Source of the DNA: Methylophaga frappieri
Lineage (GTDB): Bacteria; Pseudomonadota; Gammaproteobacteria; Nitrosococcales; Methylophagaceae
Assembly: GCF_000260965.1 (NCBI RefSeq)
Contig: NC_017856.1
Coordinates: forward strand, 840,001 to 872,000
Length of the DNA stretch: 32,000 bases
Reading direction: 5' to 3'
Under the pieces are notes generated by a model that was not told the DNA's origin, did not search any database, and saw only the letters and a program-made list of their open reading frames with translations. Of this stretch, positions 19,930-28,138 are shown in pieces. Positions within the stretch are counted from its first letter, which is position 1. Every line of letters starts with the position of its first letter. The position numbers and the translations under genes are program-made.

Positions 19930-20618
19930 TTGGCACCTTGATATGTGCTGTTATTAGTAAGTCTTTGATACCGGTTAATAAATAGTATGTAAGCCTGTTC
20001 CGGTGATAATGGCTGAATGATTTGATCGACTGGTTCGATACTATTTAGCAGCATCCATTCATCATCTTGTTCAGTCATAAGGTCACGTCGTTCTGTTGCC
20101 AACATAACTAAGTCAGCATGCTTGATTATTTGTGGCAGCTCAGTTGGCAACCCAAACTGGGCAAAAACAGCTTGCTCAACACGCTTTTCAATTACTCGGT
20201 AATCAGGAAGAAGGTTTTTAAGCGGTCTTGCGATATCGCCAACAAAAGCTTCTGCAGCATCATGAAGTAACGCATGAAGCGCATAGTCAGGTGGCACGAT
20301 CTCTGACGTAAGTACTGAGTGTTGGGCCACGCTGTAAAAAGCTTTTGTATGGCCAGCAAAGCGACAAATATTTGATAGGCCATGGGCAATGACATGAATA
20401 TCAAATTCGGACTTCTCTGGCGTGATGAAGTCGAAGTACTGACCGTTAACCGTTAAGATATCTGGCCGCATCTGCTCAGCCTGCACAGGCTTATTTGCAC
20501 CGTTTATTACAGCTGTACAGTCAGCCATGAATTTAGCAAAACGTTCAGCATCATTTGGTTTTAATACAAAACTGACTGGTGGTAAGCCGTCTTCTAAGTC
20601 GAAATTCATCTGAGTCAT
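19926..20618 (-). CDS. HD-domain phosphohydrolase, YfbR-like 5'-deoxynucleotidase type
   Basis: 230 aa. The H...HD...D pattern (VAQHSV ... ALLHDAAEAFVGDIARPLK) resembles E. coli YfbR (SEHSLQVA ... MYHDASEVLTGDLPTPVK). An AGGAGA RBS precedes the start. Confidence 0.7.
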   Translation of the reverse strand: MTQMNFDLEDGLPPVSFVLKPNDAERFAKFMADCTAVINGANKPVQAEQMRPDILTVNGQYFDFITPEKSEFDIHVIAHGLSNICRFAGHTKAFYSVAQHSVLTSEIVPPDYALHALLHDAAEAFVGDIARPLKNLLPDYRVIEKRVEQAVFAQFGLPTELPQIIKHADLVMLATERRDLMTEQDDEWMLLNSIEPVDQIIQPLSPEQAYILFINRYQRLTNNSTYQGAK

Positions 20619-20662
20619 ATTTCTTCTCCTGATCTAATTAGCTGCGGTACCTAGTTACTTCG

Positions 20663-20902
20663 CCCCGCGTCATCGCTTGACAGCTGATACGGTTTTGGCT
20701 TTTCGCCAGGACCGCATTCGACTGATGGCTCCACCTATCGACAGCATCCAGGGCCTCCAGGCCTTACAAGCCATCAGTCGAATACGTGACCCGTCTCGTG
20801 AGTCAGTCGGCATCGCCCAGTGGGGAAATGGGAAAACCACCGTCTTTGCTGCAGACTGTTAGTTTCGTGCTGGCGCCACCTGTCTGCTGACGCGCCTTGG
20901 GG
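20663..20902 (-). ncRNA. Candidate structured RNA element in a 290-nt non-coding gap of the early operon (strand uncertain)
   Basis: A perfect 15-bp inverted repeat (20716-20730 / 20769-20783) encloses a GGCC-tetraloop-GGCC hairpin. A second hairpin lies at 20691-20713. A long-range closing helix pairs 20663-20672 with 20888-20902, extended by GACAG/CTGTC. No convincing ORF is present. Confidence 0.35.
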
Positions 20903-20908
20903 TATTCC

Positions 20909-21610
20909 TTATCCGTTACCAATGGCCGCCTGTTTACGGCCATTCACACCCTGATGAAACTGGACTTTCTTACCTTCGCTAACGCCACTATCGAAGGCCG
21001 AGTAATCGTGATTTCTGGCTTTGCCGGTACGGTCGAGTGGCGCTTTGCTCTTTAACTTATCGCTCCAGCGGTTATCGATGTATTTGGTTAGCGCATTCTT
21101 TTCTGCTTTGGTGTTTTGGTGTGGTGTGATCTGTTCAGACACAGCCAGCACCCAGCCCTGACAAAAAATGTCAGCACGGCGAACTTTTGTTGATTGCTTC
21201 AGACGCTTATTAAGTGACTTGATGTACTCGCTGCGAGCCCGTTTCAACTGACGAAGAAGTACTTCGTAGGCATAGGCTGAAATTGATGCAGCACCGTTAA
21301 TGCCGATAAATTCGAGATAGCCTTTCATCGTCCAGCTCTTGCGATCTAAAAGCTGGGTGTAGATAGCCTGCGCTCCGAATGCCTGGCAAACCATATCAAC
21401 CAGAATGGCTATATGACTTGGTGGCGTTTTGCCTGCACCGGATGGTGTCAGTCTGGCATCCACATCACTGATCACCACGTCATCCATAGATATGCCATGT
21501 TTTTTCATCAAGGTCTGGGCTTGACGTAAGGCAGTAGCAGCTTCATGTGGGTTACTGCTTTTCGCCAGCCGCAAACATTTTTTAATTTTGTCTAAGATGT
21601 CTGGGTTCAT
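20909..21610 (-). CDS. DUF2786-like early protein
   Basis: The track ORF is trimmed to ATG 21610 (MNPDILDKIKKCLRLAKSSNPHEAATALRQAQTLMKKHGI), an N-terminus typical of DUF2786. An AAGGGA RBS precedes the start. Confidence 0.7.
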   Translation of the reverse strand: MNPDILDKIKKCLRLAKSSNPHEAATALRQAQTLMKKHGISMDDVVISDVDARLTPSGAGKTPPSHIAILVDMVCQAFGAQAIYTQLLDRKSWTMKGYLEFIGINGAASISAYAYEVLLRQLKRARSEYIKSLNKRLKQSTKVRRADIFCQGWVLAVSEQITPHQNTKAEKNALTKYIDNRWSDKLKSKAPLDRTGKARNHDYSAFDSGVSEGKKVQFHQGVNGRKQAAIGNG

Positions 21611-21612
21611 TG

Positions 21613-21783
21613 TTATCCCTTTGCATTGTTGCAATTGCGTTTTTCCTTTGGGTACCACTCGGTACTAATGGCCCAAAAAACAATCAAAACCCAAAGTAAT
21701 GTTGTTTCACGATCATTGATTTCTAGAATGGTTGCTGCCATTACCAGTGAGGCGAAAGCAATGCCTTGTCCAAGGAATTTCAT
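21613..21783 (-). CDS. Small (56 aa) predicted two-TM membrane protein, not in the ORF track
   Basis: Own translation: MKFLGQGIAFASLVMAATILEINDRETTLLWVLIVFWAISTEWYPKEKRNCNNAKG. An AAGGGA motif lies 12 nt upstream. The ORF fills the gap between the DUF3164-like stop (21798) and the next ATG (21610), and its stop is 2 nt from that ATG. Confidence 0.45.
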   Translation of the reverse strand: MKFLGQGIAFASLVMAATILEINDRETTLLWVLIVFWAISTEWYPKEKRNCNNAKG

Positions 21784-21797
21784 ACTGACTGCATCCC

Positions 21798-22433
21798 TTA
21801 AAAGGCTGCCAAATCCAGCGGCATCGGCACATATTGATCAGACTTGCCAACGCGTTTATATACCCGCACATAGACAGCGGTACCGGTAACCTGAATGGAG
21901 TCCTTGAGGGCTTCCATGGCTTTCTTCCATTGTTCATCATCAATATCAAGGCGGAGCAGATCGAGTATTGCTGACATTTTTATCTTGCCTTGGTTATTAG
22001 TGCGAAATGCACGATCGACCAGTGCCTTGATATTGTTATTAGCCCCTTCTGACCAGCGGTTTATGCACTGATTGATCAATTCTTTTGCTGCTTCGATTTC
22101 CTCGGTCGCAGTGATACGTTCAGCGTAGCTACGTACCACCTTGAATCCACCGTCATACGTGGAAATTGTGACGTTACCCTTCTTACCACCCAGATTTACG
22201 CCATACTTTTCACCGGCAATGGTGACCAGGTCTTCGATATCGCCGAGTGCTTTTTGCTTGAATTGCTTCAACCGTTCATGCAGATCTGCTGCCTCCTGAA
22301 CTAACTCTTTAGCGACTTCATCACGCAGCTTGTCGTGAGGCCTGACTTCCTCCAGTGGCACCATGTGACCAGCTGCGTTTCGCATATAGCCTTCAGGTAC
22401 TGGCGGTCTGGTTTGTTCAGTGGTATTGCTCAT
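21798..22433 (-). CDS. DUF3164-like Mu-type early protein
   Basis: The track ORF is trimmed to ATG 22433 (MSNTTEQ...) behind an AAGGAG RBS. This 211-aa family is, as I recall, conserved in BcepMu-like early regions. Confidence 0.7.
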   Translation of the reverse strand: MSNTTEQTRPPVPEGYMRNAAGHMVPLEEVRPHDKLRDEVAKELVQEAADLHERLKQFKQKALGDIEDLVTIAGEKYGVNLGGKKGNVTISTYDGGFKVVRSYAERITATEEIEAAKELINQCINRWSEGANNNIKALVDRAFRTNNQGKIKMSAILDLLRLDIDDEQWKKAMEALKDSIQVTGTAVYVRVYKRVGKSDQYVPMPLDLAAF

Positions 22434-22461
22434 AATGTGACTCCTTATTAATGAGTGATAA

Positions 22462-22722
22462 TCAGGCCGGTACTTTCCACTGCACCTGGCAGTTGTGCAG
22501 GTTGGTGGCATAGGTCTCCAGGCGGCGGTGGCCGACTTTAATGCGGGTCATCGTGCCGCCCATCAAACCGCCTGGTGTTTTGTTGAAACCGAGGATCGTG
22601 ATGCGTGGTCGACCGTCTTTGATCTCGATGCCGGTGATAGTCAGATTTCGCTTGGCCAGCTCTGCCATGCAGTGACGGACGTCTTCGAATTTCTGGCTAA
22701 TAATTTGATTGTTTTTGCTCAT
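22462..22722 (-). CDS. Hypothetical early protein (86 aa)
   Basis: The track ORF is trimmed to ATG 22722 (MSKNNQ...) with a GAGG RBS. It sits 10 nt after the upstream stop, within the operon. Confidence 0.5.
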   Translation of the reverse strand: MSKNNQIISQKFEDVRHCMAELAKRNLTITGIEIKDGRPRITILGFNKTPGGLMGGTMTRIKVGHRRLETYATNLHNCQVQWKVPA

Positions 22723-22732
22723 GGTGATCGCC

Positions 22733-23341
22733 TCAGTCAATGGCATGTTTTCTGTAGTCAGCTTGAATCTCTCTCAGCACTAGACTGATATCAGGTTCGA
22801 GCACACTGGCCAGTTCGGAAAGCACAGCCAGTTTCATGGCCACATTGGGAACACGTTCCGGTTTGAGCTGTTTTTTTAGCCTGTCGATGGCAGCAAAGAC
22901 ACCTTCTTCTTTTTCATCACTAGATAAGCCAAACAGTGTTGGGATGTTATCGATATGCAACTGCTGCTGAGGTTTCTGCTCTTGTTTATCAAAGCAATTC
23001 GGCCGCTCTTTACCACAGTCTGGGGACGTATCTTCATGACTAGATTCGCCGGGATTATCATTAAGGTCTGGAATCAGGCTGTTTGGGTCATGATCTGAGA
23101 CGTCATAGCGTTTGATACCTTCGTAAGTACCAACACCAAAAACGTATTTTCCGAGCATTTTTAGATGCTGGTTTTTAATCAGCCAATCAACGGCCTCGGA
23201 GACTTCTTCCTCCGAGGCTTTGCCATCAAAAAGACTGACCATAGCCGACATACCAAACTTGGTTTTATCGGCTGAGTCGGTGATATAAAACATGACCCGG
23301 TCACGGATAAACTTTGTTCTTGCAGTAATTGAGGCCATCAT
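22733..23341 (-). CDS. Hypothetical early protein (202 aa) with an acidic central linker
   Basis: Its ATG overlaps the csrA stop (ATGA). No family was recognised. Confidence 0.55.
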   Translation of the reverse strand: MMASITARTKFIRDRVMFYITDSADKTKFGMSAMVSLFDGKASEEEVSEAVDWLIKNQHLKMLGKYVFGVGTYEGIKRYDVSDHDPNSLIPDLNDNPGESSHEDTSPDCGKERPNCFDKQEQKPQQQLHIDNIPTLFGLSSDEKEEGVFAAIDRLKKQLKPERVPNVAMKLAVLSELASVLEPDISLVLREIQADYRKHAID

Positions 23342-23529
23342 TTATCACCTTTATCAGGATTGTTTTTTTCTGCATTGATACGGTCATAAATCTCTTCACG
23401 ATGGACCGTCACATCCTTTGGCGCATCAACACCGATACGGACTTGATTGCCTTTTACGCCAAGCACATTGACGACAACGTCATCACCAATAATCAGGCTC
23501 TCACCAACTTTTCTGGTTAAAATCAACAT
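23338..23529 (-). CDS. csrA: Carbon storage regulator CsrA/RsmA homolog, phage-encoded
   Basis: 63 aa: [55 protein letters not shown]. By my count, about 44 of the first 55 residues are identical to E. coli CsrA as I recall it. An AAGGAG RBS lies inside the 3' end of the B gene. Confidence 0.93.
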   Translation of the reverse strand: MLILTRKVGESLIIGDDVVVNVLGVKGNQVRIGVDAPKDVTVHREEIYDRINAEKNNPDKGDK

Positions 23530-23531
23530 GG

Positions 23532-24689
23532 CTACACTCCTTGGATTAGATCCGCATTCAATTGCGGTATGCCGATTTCTGCAGCTTCATTCAGCGCTGC
23601 AGTAATGACGTTATTAACAGCCAACGGATACAGCACACTGAATGCACCTCTGCCTGTCAGCTTGTTCCGTAGTGCCTCAATAGCATCTGGCGCCATTATT
23701 TTTTGCAAGTCACTGCCGGCCATCTTGAATCGGTGCTCAAGATAAGCTTCCAGGTGAATATCGAGGGGTCTCAGCGTGACCATTTCACAGCGCTGGACGA
23801 TTTCCCGAACCGAAGGATTTCGCTCGTCTAACTTGTTGCCCAGCTCCGGCTGACCGATGAGCATAATTGACAGCAGCTTGTGAAAGCCATCTTCCAACTC
23901 GAAAAACCGTTTCAAATGCTTCAACGTCGGGATCGATAGGCCGTGCGCTTCCTCTATGACCAGCACATGCCTATTACCGATCCTGTGGCTTTCCTTCAGT
24001 GCCTGATGCACCTGACGAAAACGGGATTCGGGTGATCGCATCATGCGCTGACCTGGTGCTACAGCATCCATGATTGCCTCGGCAATATGGCCAGACTTCA
24101 GCGTTTTACCTTTGATGTCATTGTCTTCCATGCCCAGGACGTAAGGCTCAATGATCACAATAGGTTCGTTTTCATTTTTAGCCCATTCGATAAGGTCACG
24201 CCGCAGCGTTGATTTCCCAGCGCCGCTTTCGCCAATGACAGCCGCAAATCCGCCATGTTTGGCAAATGTTCTCAGGCTCTCACGCACGTATCTTATGTCT
24301 GGTGTTAAGAAGACCTCATCAGCTGACCGAATCTCAGCAAATGGGTCTCGCATTAATCCAAAAACGCGCTTCGTTTCTGGCTTTAATGCATGGCGTCGTA
24401 GTAGCATGATTTCCTCCATATCATTTGGATGGTGTGGATTGGCACTTTCGTTCTGGTTTGGTATTGGGGCGAAAGTGCTAACAAATAACTCCTTAATTTG
24501 GTGCTCTTTGGCACCATATTTATTGGTCAGCGTGTTAACAATGGCTTGTTTTAAATCATGCTTATTGCGACGCTTTGGCCACATATCATGTGACATGATT
24601 TGAGATATCGCTGTCTGTGAAATGCTGACGCTATACGCCAACTCGGATTGTGAAACACCGAGCTGCATTAACACCTGTCTCAAACTCAT
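23532..24689 (-). CDS. MuB-like AAA+ transposition ATPase with an N-terminal HTH
   Basis: 385 aa with an N-terminal HTH ([18 protein letters not shown]), Walker [10 protein letters not shown] and Walker B VLVIEEAH. It lies directly downstream of the transposase, with the ATG and stop sharing one nucleotide. Confidence 0.85.
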   Translation of the reverse strand: MSLRQVLMQLGVSQSELAYSVSISQTAISQIMSHDMWPKRRNKHDLKQAIVNTLTNKYGAKEHQIKELFVSTFAPIPNQNESANPHHPNDMEEIMLLRRHALKPETKRVFGLMRDPFAEIRSADEVFLTPDIRYVRESLRTFAKHGGFAAVIGESGAGKSTLRRDLIEWAKNENEPIVIIEPYVLGMEDNDIKGKTLKSGHIAEAIMDAVAPGQRMMRSPESRFRQVHQALKESHRIGNRHVLVIEEAHGLSIPTLKHLKRFFELEDGFHKLLSIMLIGQPELGNKLDERNPSVREIVQRCEMVTLRPLDIHLEAYLEHRFKMAGSDLQKIMAPDAIEALRNKLTGRGAFSVLYPLAVNNVITAALNEAAEIGIPQLNADLIQGV

Positions 24690-26452
24690 TAATTAGACCC
24701 TCCGATAACATGCAGTTTTGCTGGTTTCACTCTGGTCAATGCCGCCTCAACATCGTCTAATAAATCCTCGGGTATGCCTGACGGGTAGTGCTGCACCAGC
24801 CATTGATAGTGATCTGGGTTCCATTCATCGCCGATACGGTTTTTCAGCCGCTTCGCGGCTTCTACATGATTCAGTCGTAACGACTCGACTTTTGGTGTTT
24901 TGACATCAAGTAACTCACCCAGCCGAGGTAAATATTCGGGGATGCGGGTGTCATTGATTGGCTTCATCGCATCAATACGGCCGCCCAATGGGGTGGCGCC
25001 AGACTTACGTTTCTTATCTGCCTCGGTATCGGTGTCAGATTCCATTGATAGACGCTCAACGGCTTTGCGGTTGGTGTCCAGTTCCGTGTCTGCATGGCTG
25101 CGGAAGGTTTCGCCGATGATCGGGGAGTCGATATCAAAGCCAAACTCATCACGTTTAATGGCTTGCACGATTTGCATCACTTCTCGGCCGTCATCATCGC
25201 GATACAGCACACCAGCTTGATCGTCATGCCAAGGGTTGCGCGTAACTTCAAGGTGCATACCGACATGCACACCAGGAATGCTGGCTACTGAGTATTGGCT
25301 GCCATTGAAGCTGACTTCGAGCTGTACAGTGACCTTGCGGCGTTCAGCCTTATTCATAGCAATTGAGCGCATGATCTTTTCATCGGGAGCCAGTCTCAGC
25401 TGCTCGGTTTTGATCTTCATCCAGGCAGCAAAGCGTGGCTTTTTCAGTCGTCGATGCGTGGCGGTGCTGTTAAACCAGCGTCGCCATTGGCTGGCCAGAA
25501 CATTTAGCTCATCGACCGATGTTGGGGGGCTTTCCTGAAACTTAAGACGATGCTCAAAACTGCGCTCTACAATGTCATTGGCCTTTTCGACCTGACCTTT
25601 TGCCCAAGGCTGACCAGGCAAGTTGACCTGTAAGGTGATACCAAGAGCGCGGCAAAGGTTTCGAAAAACTGCACCAGTATTCGCACTGCCTGGATCAACC
25701 ATCACCAACTTGGGGATGCCATAAAACGGTTCATCGCCACGTTTTCTAGATGCTTCGATGAAGGATTCAAGCAAATTGACACCACTTTCAGCGCCCAACA
25801 CGTAATGCACAAATATGACGCCGCTGGCATGGTCGGTGATCACATAACGCCAGACCCGTTCTTTTTCAATCCGGCGGATGTTTGCCGGCTTGTTCTTGTA
25901 GAACTTGTTCTCATCCATCACCTGCAGGCATTCGCCTTGAGCGGCTGGTAAGTAATACAAGACACATAACGATGGGTCGATCTGCCAGACATGATTGGGG
26001 TGCTCACTGCGAAGCGTAACCTTGGGTGACGGCAAAGCCAGCTGCTCAGGGTGTAGGTTGTACTGATACATGGCGCGGCTGATAGCCGATATCGAGAGCG
26101 GCATCACTTCACCGGTCTCTTCATCGATGCGACTGGCATCAATTTCACCATTCGAGCGCAGTACTTCAATCGCGTCCTCCAGACTGGCCAGACGTTTGCC
26201 ATTTTTACGTCGACTATCGAGCATGTAAGCTGAAATCACTTGTGCATCGGCGCGGGTCAGCGCGCTTTGAGCTGCATCTTTACGGCGACGGCGGTGGCTT
26301 GGACGAAACTCTGAAAGTTTGCGCATCAGCGTTTGAGTGCTGATGCCCATGTTGTCCGCAGCGCTCTGGTAAACCTTCGTCTTGCCACCGTGGCCAGCTT
26401 TTTCGGCACGGTTGGCGACATCCATCAGATATTGCAGCGTGTTGCCTGTCAT
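24689..26452 (-). CDS. MuA-like DDE transposase
   Basis: 587 aa with an rve-type core: D in HVWQIDPS, D in VMVDPGSANTG, and E in GQVEKAN 36 residues later (a DD35E arrangement). The N-terminal region is DNA-binding. Confidence 0.9.
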   Translation of the reverse strand: MTGNTLQYLMDVANRAEKAGHGGKTKVYQSAADNMGISTQTLMRKLSEFRPSHRRRRKDAAQSALTRADAQVISAYMLDSRRKNGKRLASLEDAIEVLRSNGEIDASRIDEETGEVMPLSISAISRAMYQYNLHPEQLALPSPKVTLRSEHPNHVWQIDPSLCVLYYLPAAQGECLQVMDENKFYKNKPANIRRIEKERVWRYVITDHASGVIFVHYVLGAESGVNLLESFIEASRKRGDEPFYGIPKLVMVDPGSANTGAVFRNLCRALGITLQVNLPGQPWAKGQVEKANDIVERSFEHRLKFQESPPTSVDELNVLASQWRRWFNSTATHRRLKKPRFAAWMKIKTEQLRLAPDEKIMRSIAMNKAERRKVTVQLEVSFNGSQYSVASIPGVHVGMHLEVTRNPWHDDQAGVLYRDDDGREVMQIVQAIKRDEFGFDIDSPIIGETFRSHADTELDTNRKAVERLSMESDTDTEADKKRKSGATPLGGRIDAMKPINDTRIPEYLPRLGELLDVKTPKVESLRLNHVEAAKRLKNRIGDEWNPDHYQWLVQHYPSGIPEDLLDDVEAALTRVKPAKLHVIGGSN

Positions 26453-27354
26453 GACTCAGTCTCCATGTCTGTGGCTGCTTCCCCGTTCCAGAGCGGGATT
26501 TCGTCTTCTTCGGTTTCTGCTCCAGCAGTCGGCAGATAAGGTGGGTGCTCTTCCAGCCAGGAAACGGTGCCGAGCTGCTCGCACAGGTAGTTGAATGAGT
26601 CGGCTATCTGGTCGAGTTGGCCTCTGACCCAAAGCCCGGCGTCAATGCCGTGCTCTTGGCCATGATCCAGTACTGCTTGAAGGGCTTCGCGAAGCGTGAC
26701 CCGTAGGTGATGCTCTGCCTCAAAGCCGAGTTTGGCGGCTTGCTTTCGGATTTCCTCGGACTCTTCTTCGGGCGGTGGCGGACTGAGCTGATAACGATTC
26801 TGCGAGCGCTCCAGGTCTGTCGATAGCTGGTCGATGCGTTGGTTCTTGTCAGCCAGTACCTGGTCTTTAGCCTGTTCCTGTTCCTTGGCTTCACGTAATG
26901 CTGCACGGAGCTCTCTGCTAGTCATGCGATCGATATCATCCAGCGTTAGACCCGCAACCGTGCCGCCTTCGTCCAGAGACGCTAGTTGCTCATCATCTTC
27001 AGCAAGCAGTTCAAACAGCTTGGTCTTACCCAAAACGCTCAGCGCCGATCGTTTTGATTGCAGTTGTGGTGATAAATATTTCATGGCTGCCTGCATCAGG
27101 CGGCGCGCTGTCGCGTTTGGCATGCCAAGCTGATCCTGGACAATACGTTGGAAGTCGCCGTGCGCTTCATGCTCTTTAATGAGTACCAGGCGTTTGCCGG
27201 CCTCCAGCATGGCCTCGGCTGACTGAGCTAAATAAAATCTGGCCTCATCGATTACCCGTACCCTATCGTAAGGTATGCCATCACCGAACTGCTCTATAAC
27301 GGCATCACTATGTATGGCGGAGTCTTTGTGTTGCTTTGTAAGGTTGACTGTCAT
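26449..27354 (-). CDS. DUF3102-like early protein with an acidic C-terminus
   Basis: 301 aa. FYLAQSAEAMLEAGKRLVLIKEHEAHGDFQRIV resembles DUF3102 as I recall it. It overlaps the transposase start by 4 nt. Confidence 0.6.
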   Translation of the reverse strand: MTVNLTKQHKDSAIHSDAVIEQFGDGIPYDRVRVIDEARFYLAQSAEAMLEAGKRLVLIKEHEAHGDFQRIVQDQLGMPNATARRLMQAAMKYLSPQLQSKRSALSVLGKTKLFELLAEDDEQLASLDEGGTVAGLTLDDIDRMTSRELRAALREAKEQEQAKDQVLADKNQRIDQLSTDLERSQNRYQLSPPPPEEESEEIRKQAAKLGFEAEHHLRVTLREALQAVLDHGQEHGIDAGLWVRGQLDQIADSFNYLCEQLGTVSWLEEHPPYLPTAGAETEEDEIPLWNGEAATDMETES

Positions 27355-27365
27355 GTAATGATTCC

Positions 27366-27665
27366 TTAGCTATTGCCGGTGTTGATGCGTTGATTTAGCT
27401 CGGCCATACGCTGTGCAGCACGCTCGAACTCTGTTGTGTGTCGCGTTGCGATTTGCAGCATTTGAATACTCAACGCAAAGCGGCCGTTATCGAGCTTGAT
27501 TGCAAATCCTTCTTCGATCAGGGTTTGCAGAGTGCGGGTAATGGCGCTGGGCGATTCGTTCAATGCTTTGGCCAGCTCACCATTACTCACGCCGTCCAAG
27601 GTATGGCCACTCATTGCTTTAATAACGCGCAGTCCACGAGATAAGCTGGTTACTTTTTCGCTCAT
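27366..27665 (-). CDS. IclR-N-type winged-helix DNA-binding protein (99 aa)
   Basis: LSRGLRVIKAMSGHTLDGVSNGELAKALNESPSAITRTLQTLIEEGF fits the IclR-family N-terminal wHTH pattern. No effector domain is present. Confidence 0.6.
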   Translation of the reverse strand: MSEKVTSLSRGLRVIKAMSGHTLDGVSNGELAKALNESPSAITRTLQTLIEEGFAIKLDNGRFALSIQMLQIATRHTTEFERAAQRMAELNQRINTGNS

Positions 27666-27871
27666 GCCGTACCTCTGTGAAGTGAGCTATATTCAGCGAA
27701 CACATCGCTGATGAGCTTGCGTAGTTCGGCTACTGTCAGTTCGTCCACCTTTTTGCCGGTGGCCTCAATAGCCTGTGATAAAGGCGTAAAAAGTTCGCCA
27801 TTCCAATTCAGGGGGGTGCTGATTTCGACGCTAGCCGACATCAGATCCAGTTCAGTTTTAGTGAGATCCAT
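27662..27871 (-). CDS. Hypothetical acidic protein (69 aa)
   Basis: The track ORF 27662-28039 is trimmed to ATG 27871 behind an AAGGAG RBS. The longer form would overlap the Ner-like gene. Its stop overlaps the next ATG (ATGA). Confidence 0.5.
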   Translation of the reverse strand: MDLTKTELDLMSASVEISTPLNWNGELFTPLSQAIEATGKKVDELTVAELRKLISDVFAEYSSLHRGTA

Positions 27872-27908
27872 TGCTGTCTCCTTGCACGATGGGATATAGC
27901 TCTGCAGA

Positions 27909-28109
27909 TTAGTTAATGGAGTTCGGTTTTTCGGGATCAGCTTTGATGCCCAGCTTGACCGCAATTTCATGCGCTCTGCCGTGATCGCCCTTGTCAATGC
28001 CAGCGATAACTCGATAAACCGCCCGTACTGGAAATTCATTCTCTCTAGCCCATTTACTGAATGTCAGGCCTTGTTTTTTAAATTTCGCTTTTACTTGTTC
28101 TGGTGACAT
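27909..28109 (-). CDS. Ner/Cro-like small HTH regulator, first gene of the early operon
   Basis: 66 aa. KKQGLTFSKWARENEFPVRAVYRVIAG..KGDHGRAHEIAVKLGI parallels the Ner/Nlp pattern (KKRKLSLSALSR....TLANAL...WPKGEQIIANAL). It is positioned directly downstream of the early promoter. Confidence 0.7.
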   Translation of the reverse strand: MSPEQVKAKFKKQGLTFSKWARENEFPVRAVYRVIAGIDKGDHGRAHEIAVKLGIKADPEKPNSIN

Positions 28110-28138
28110 CGTTTACCATTCCTGTACATATAAAAATC

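Noticed and set aside
20670-20862. Small ORFs in the structured gap: a TTG-start 61-aa ORF on the plus strand (20677-20862) and a 47-codon ATG ORF on the minus strand (20670-20813).
   Set aside because: The plus-strand ORF lacks an ATG start, and the minus-strand ORF has only a weak SD. The two are mirror images over the same inverted repeats, which is what a GC-rich palindromic region produces by chance. I cannot fully exclude a small basic peptide on the minus strand.
20619-20908. The idea that the structured gap is a CsrB-like sponge RNA for the phage CsrA.
   Set aside because: I counted five GGA motifs on the minus strand in about 290 nt, which is roughly the random expectation. Only the adjacent CCUGGA...CCUGGAUG pair (about 20746-20761) looks CsrA-like. 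That is not enough to claim a sponge.
20619-20908. The idea that the long inverted repeats mark a retron msr/msd or a DGR template.
   Set aside because: No reverse transcriptase gene occurs anywhere in the window.
24151-25538. Plus-strand ORFs of 61-150 aa within the transposase and MuB-like genes.
   Set aside because: They are antisense shadow ORFs inside genes with clear DDE and Walker motifs.
27872-28039. The longer 125-aa form of ORF 27662-28039.
   Set aside because: Its first 56 codons overlap the Ner-like gene. An internal ATG at 27871 has a consensus AAGGAG RBS and removes the overlap.
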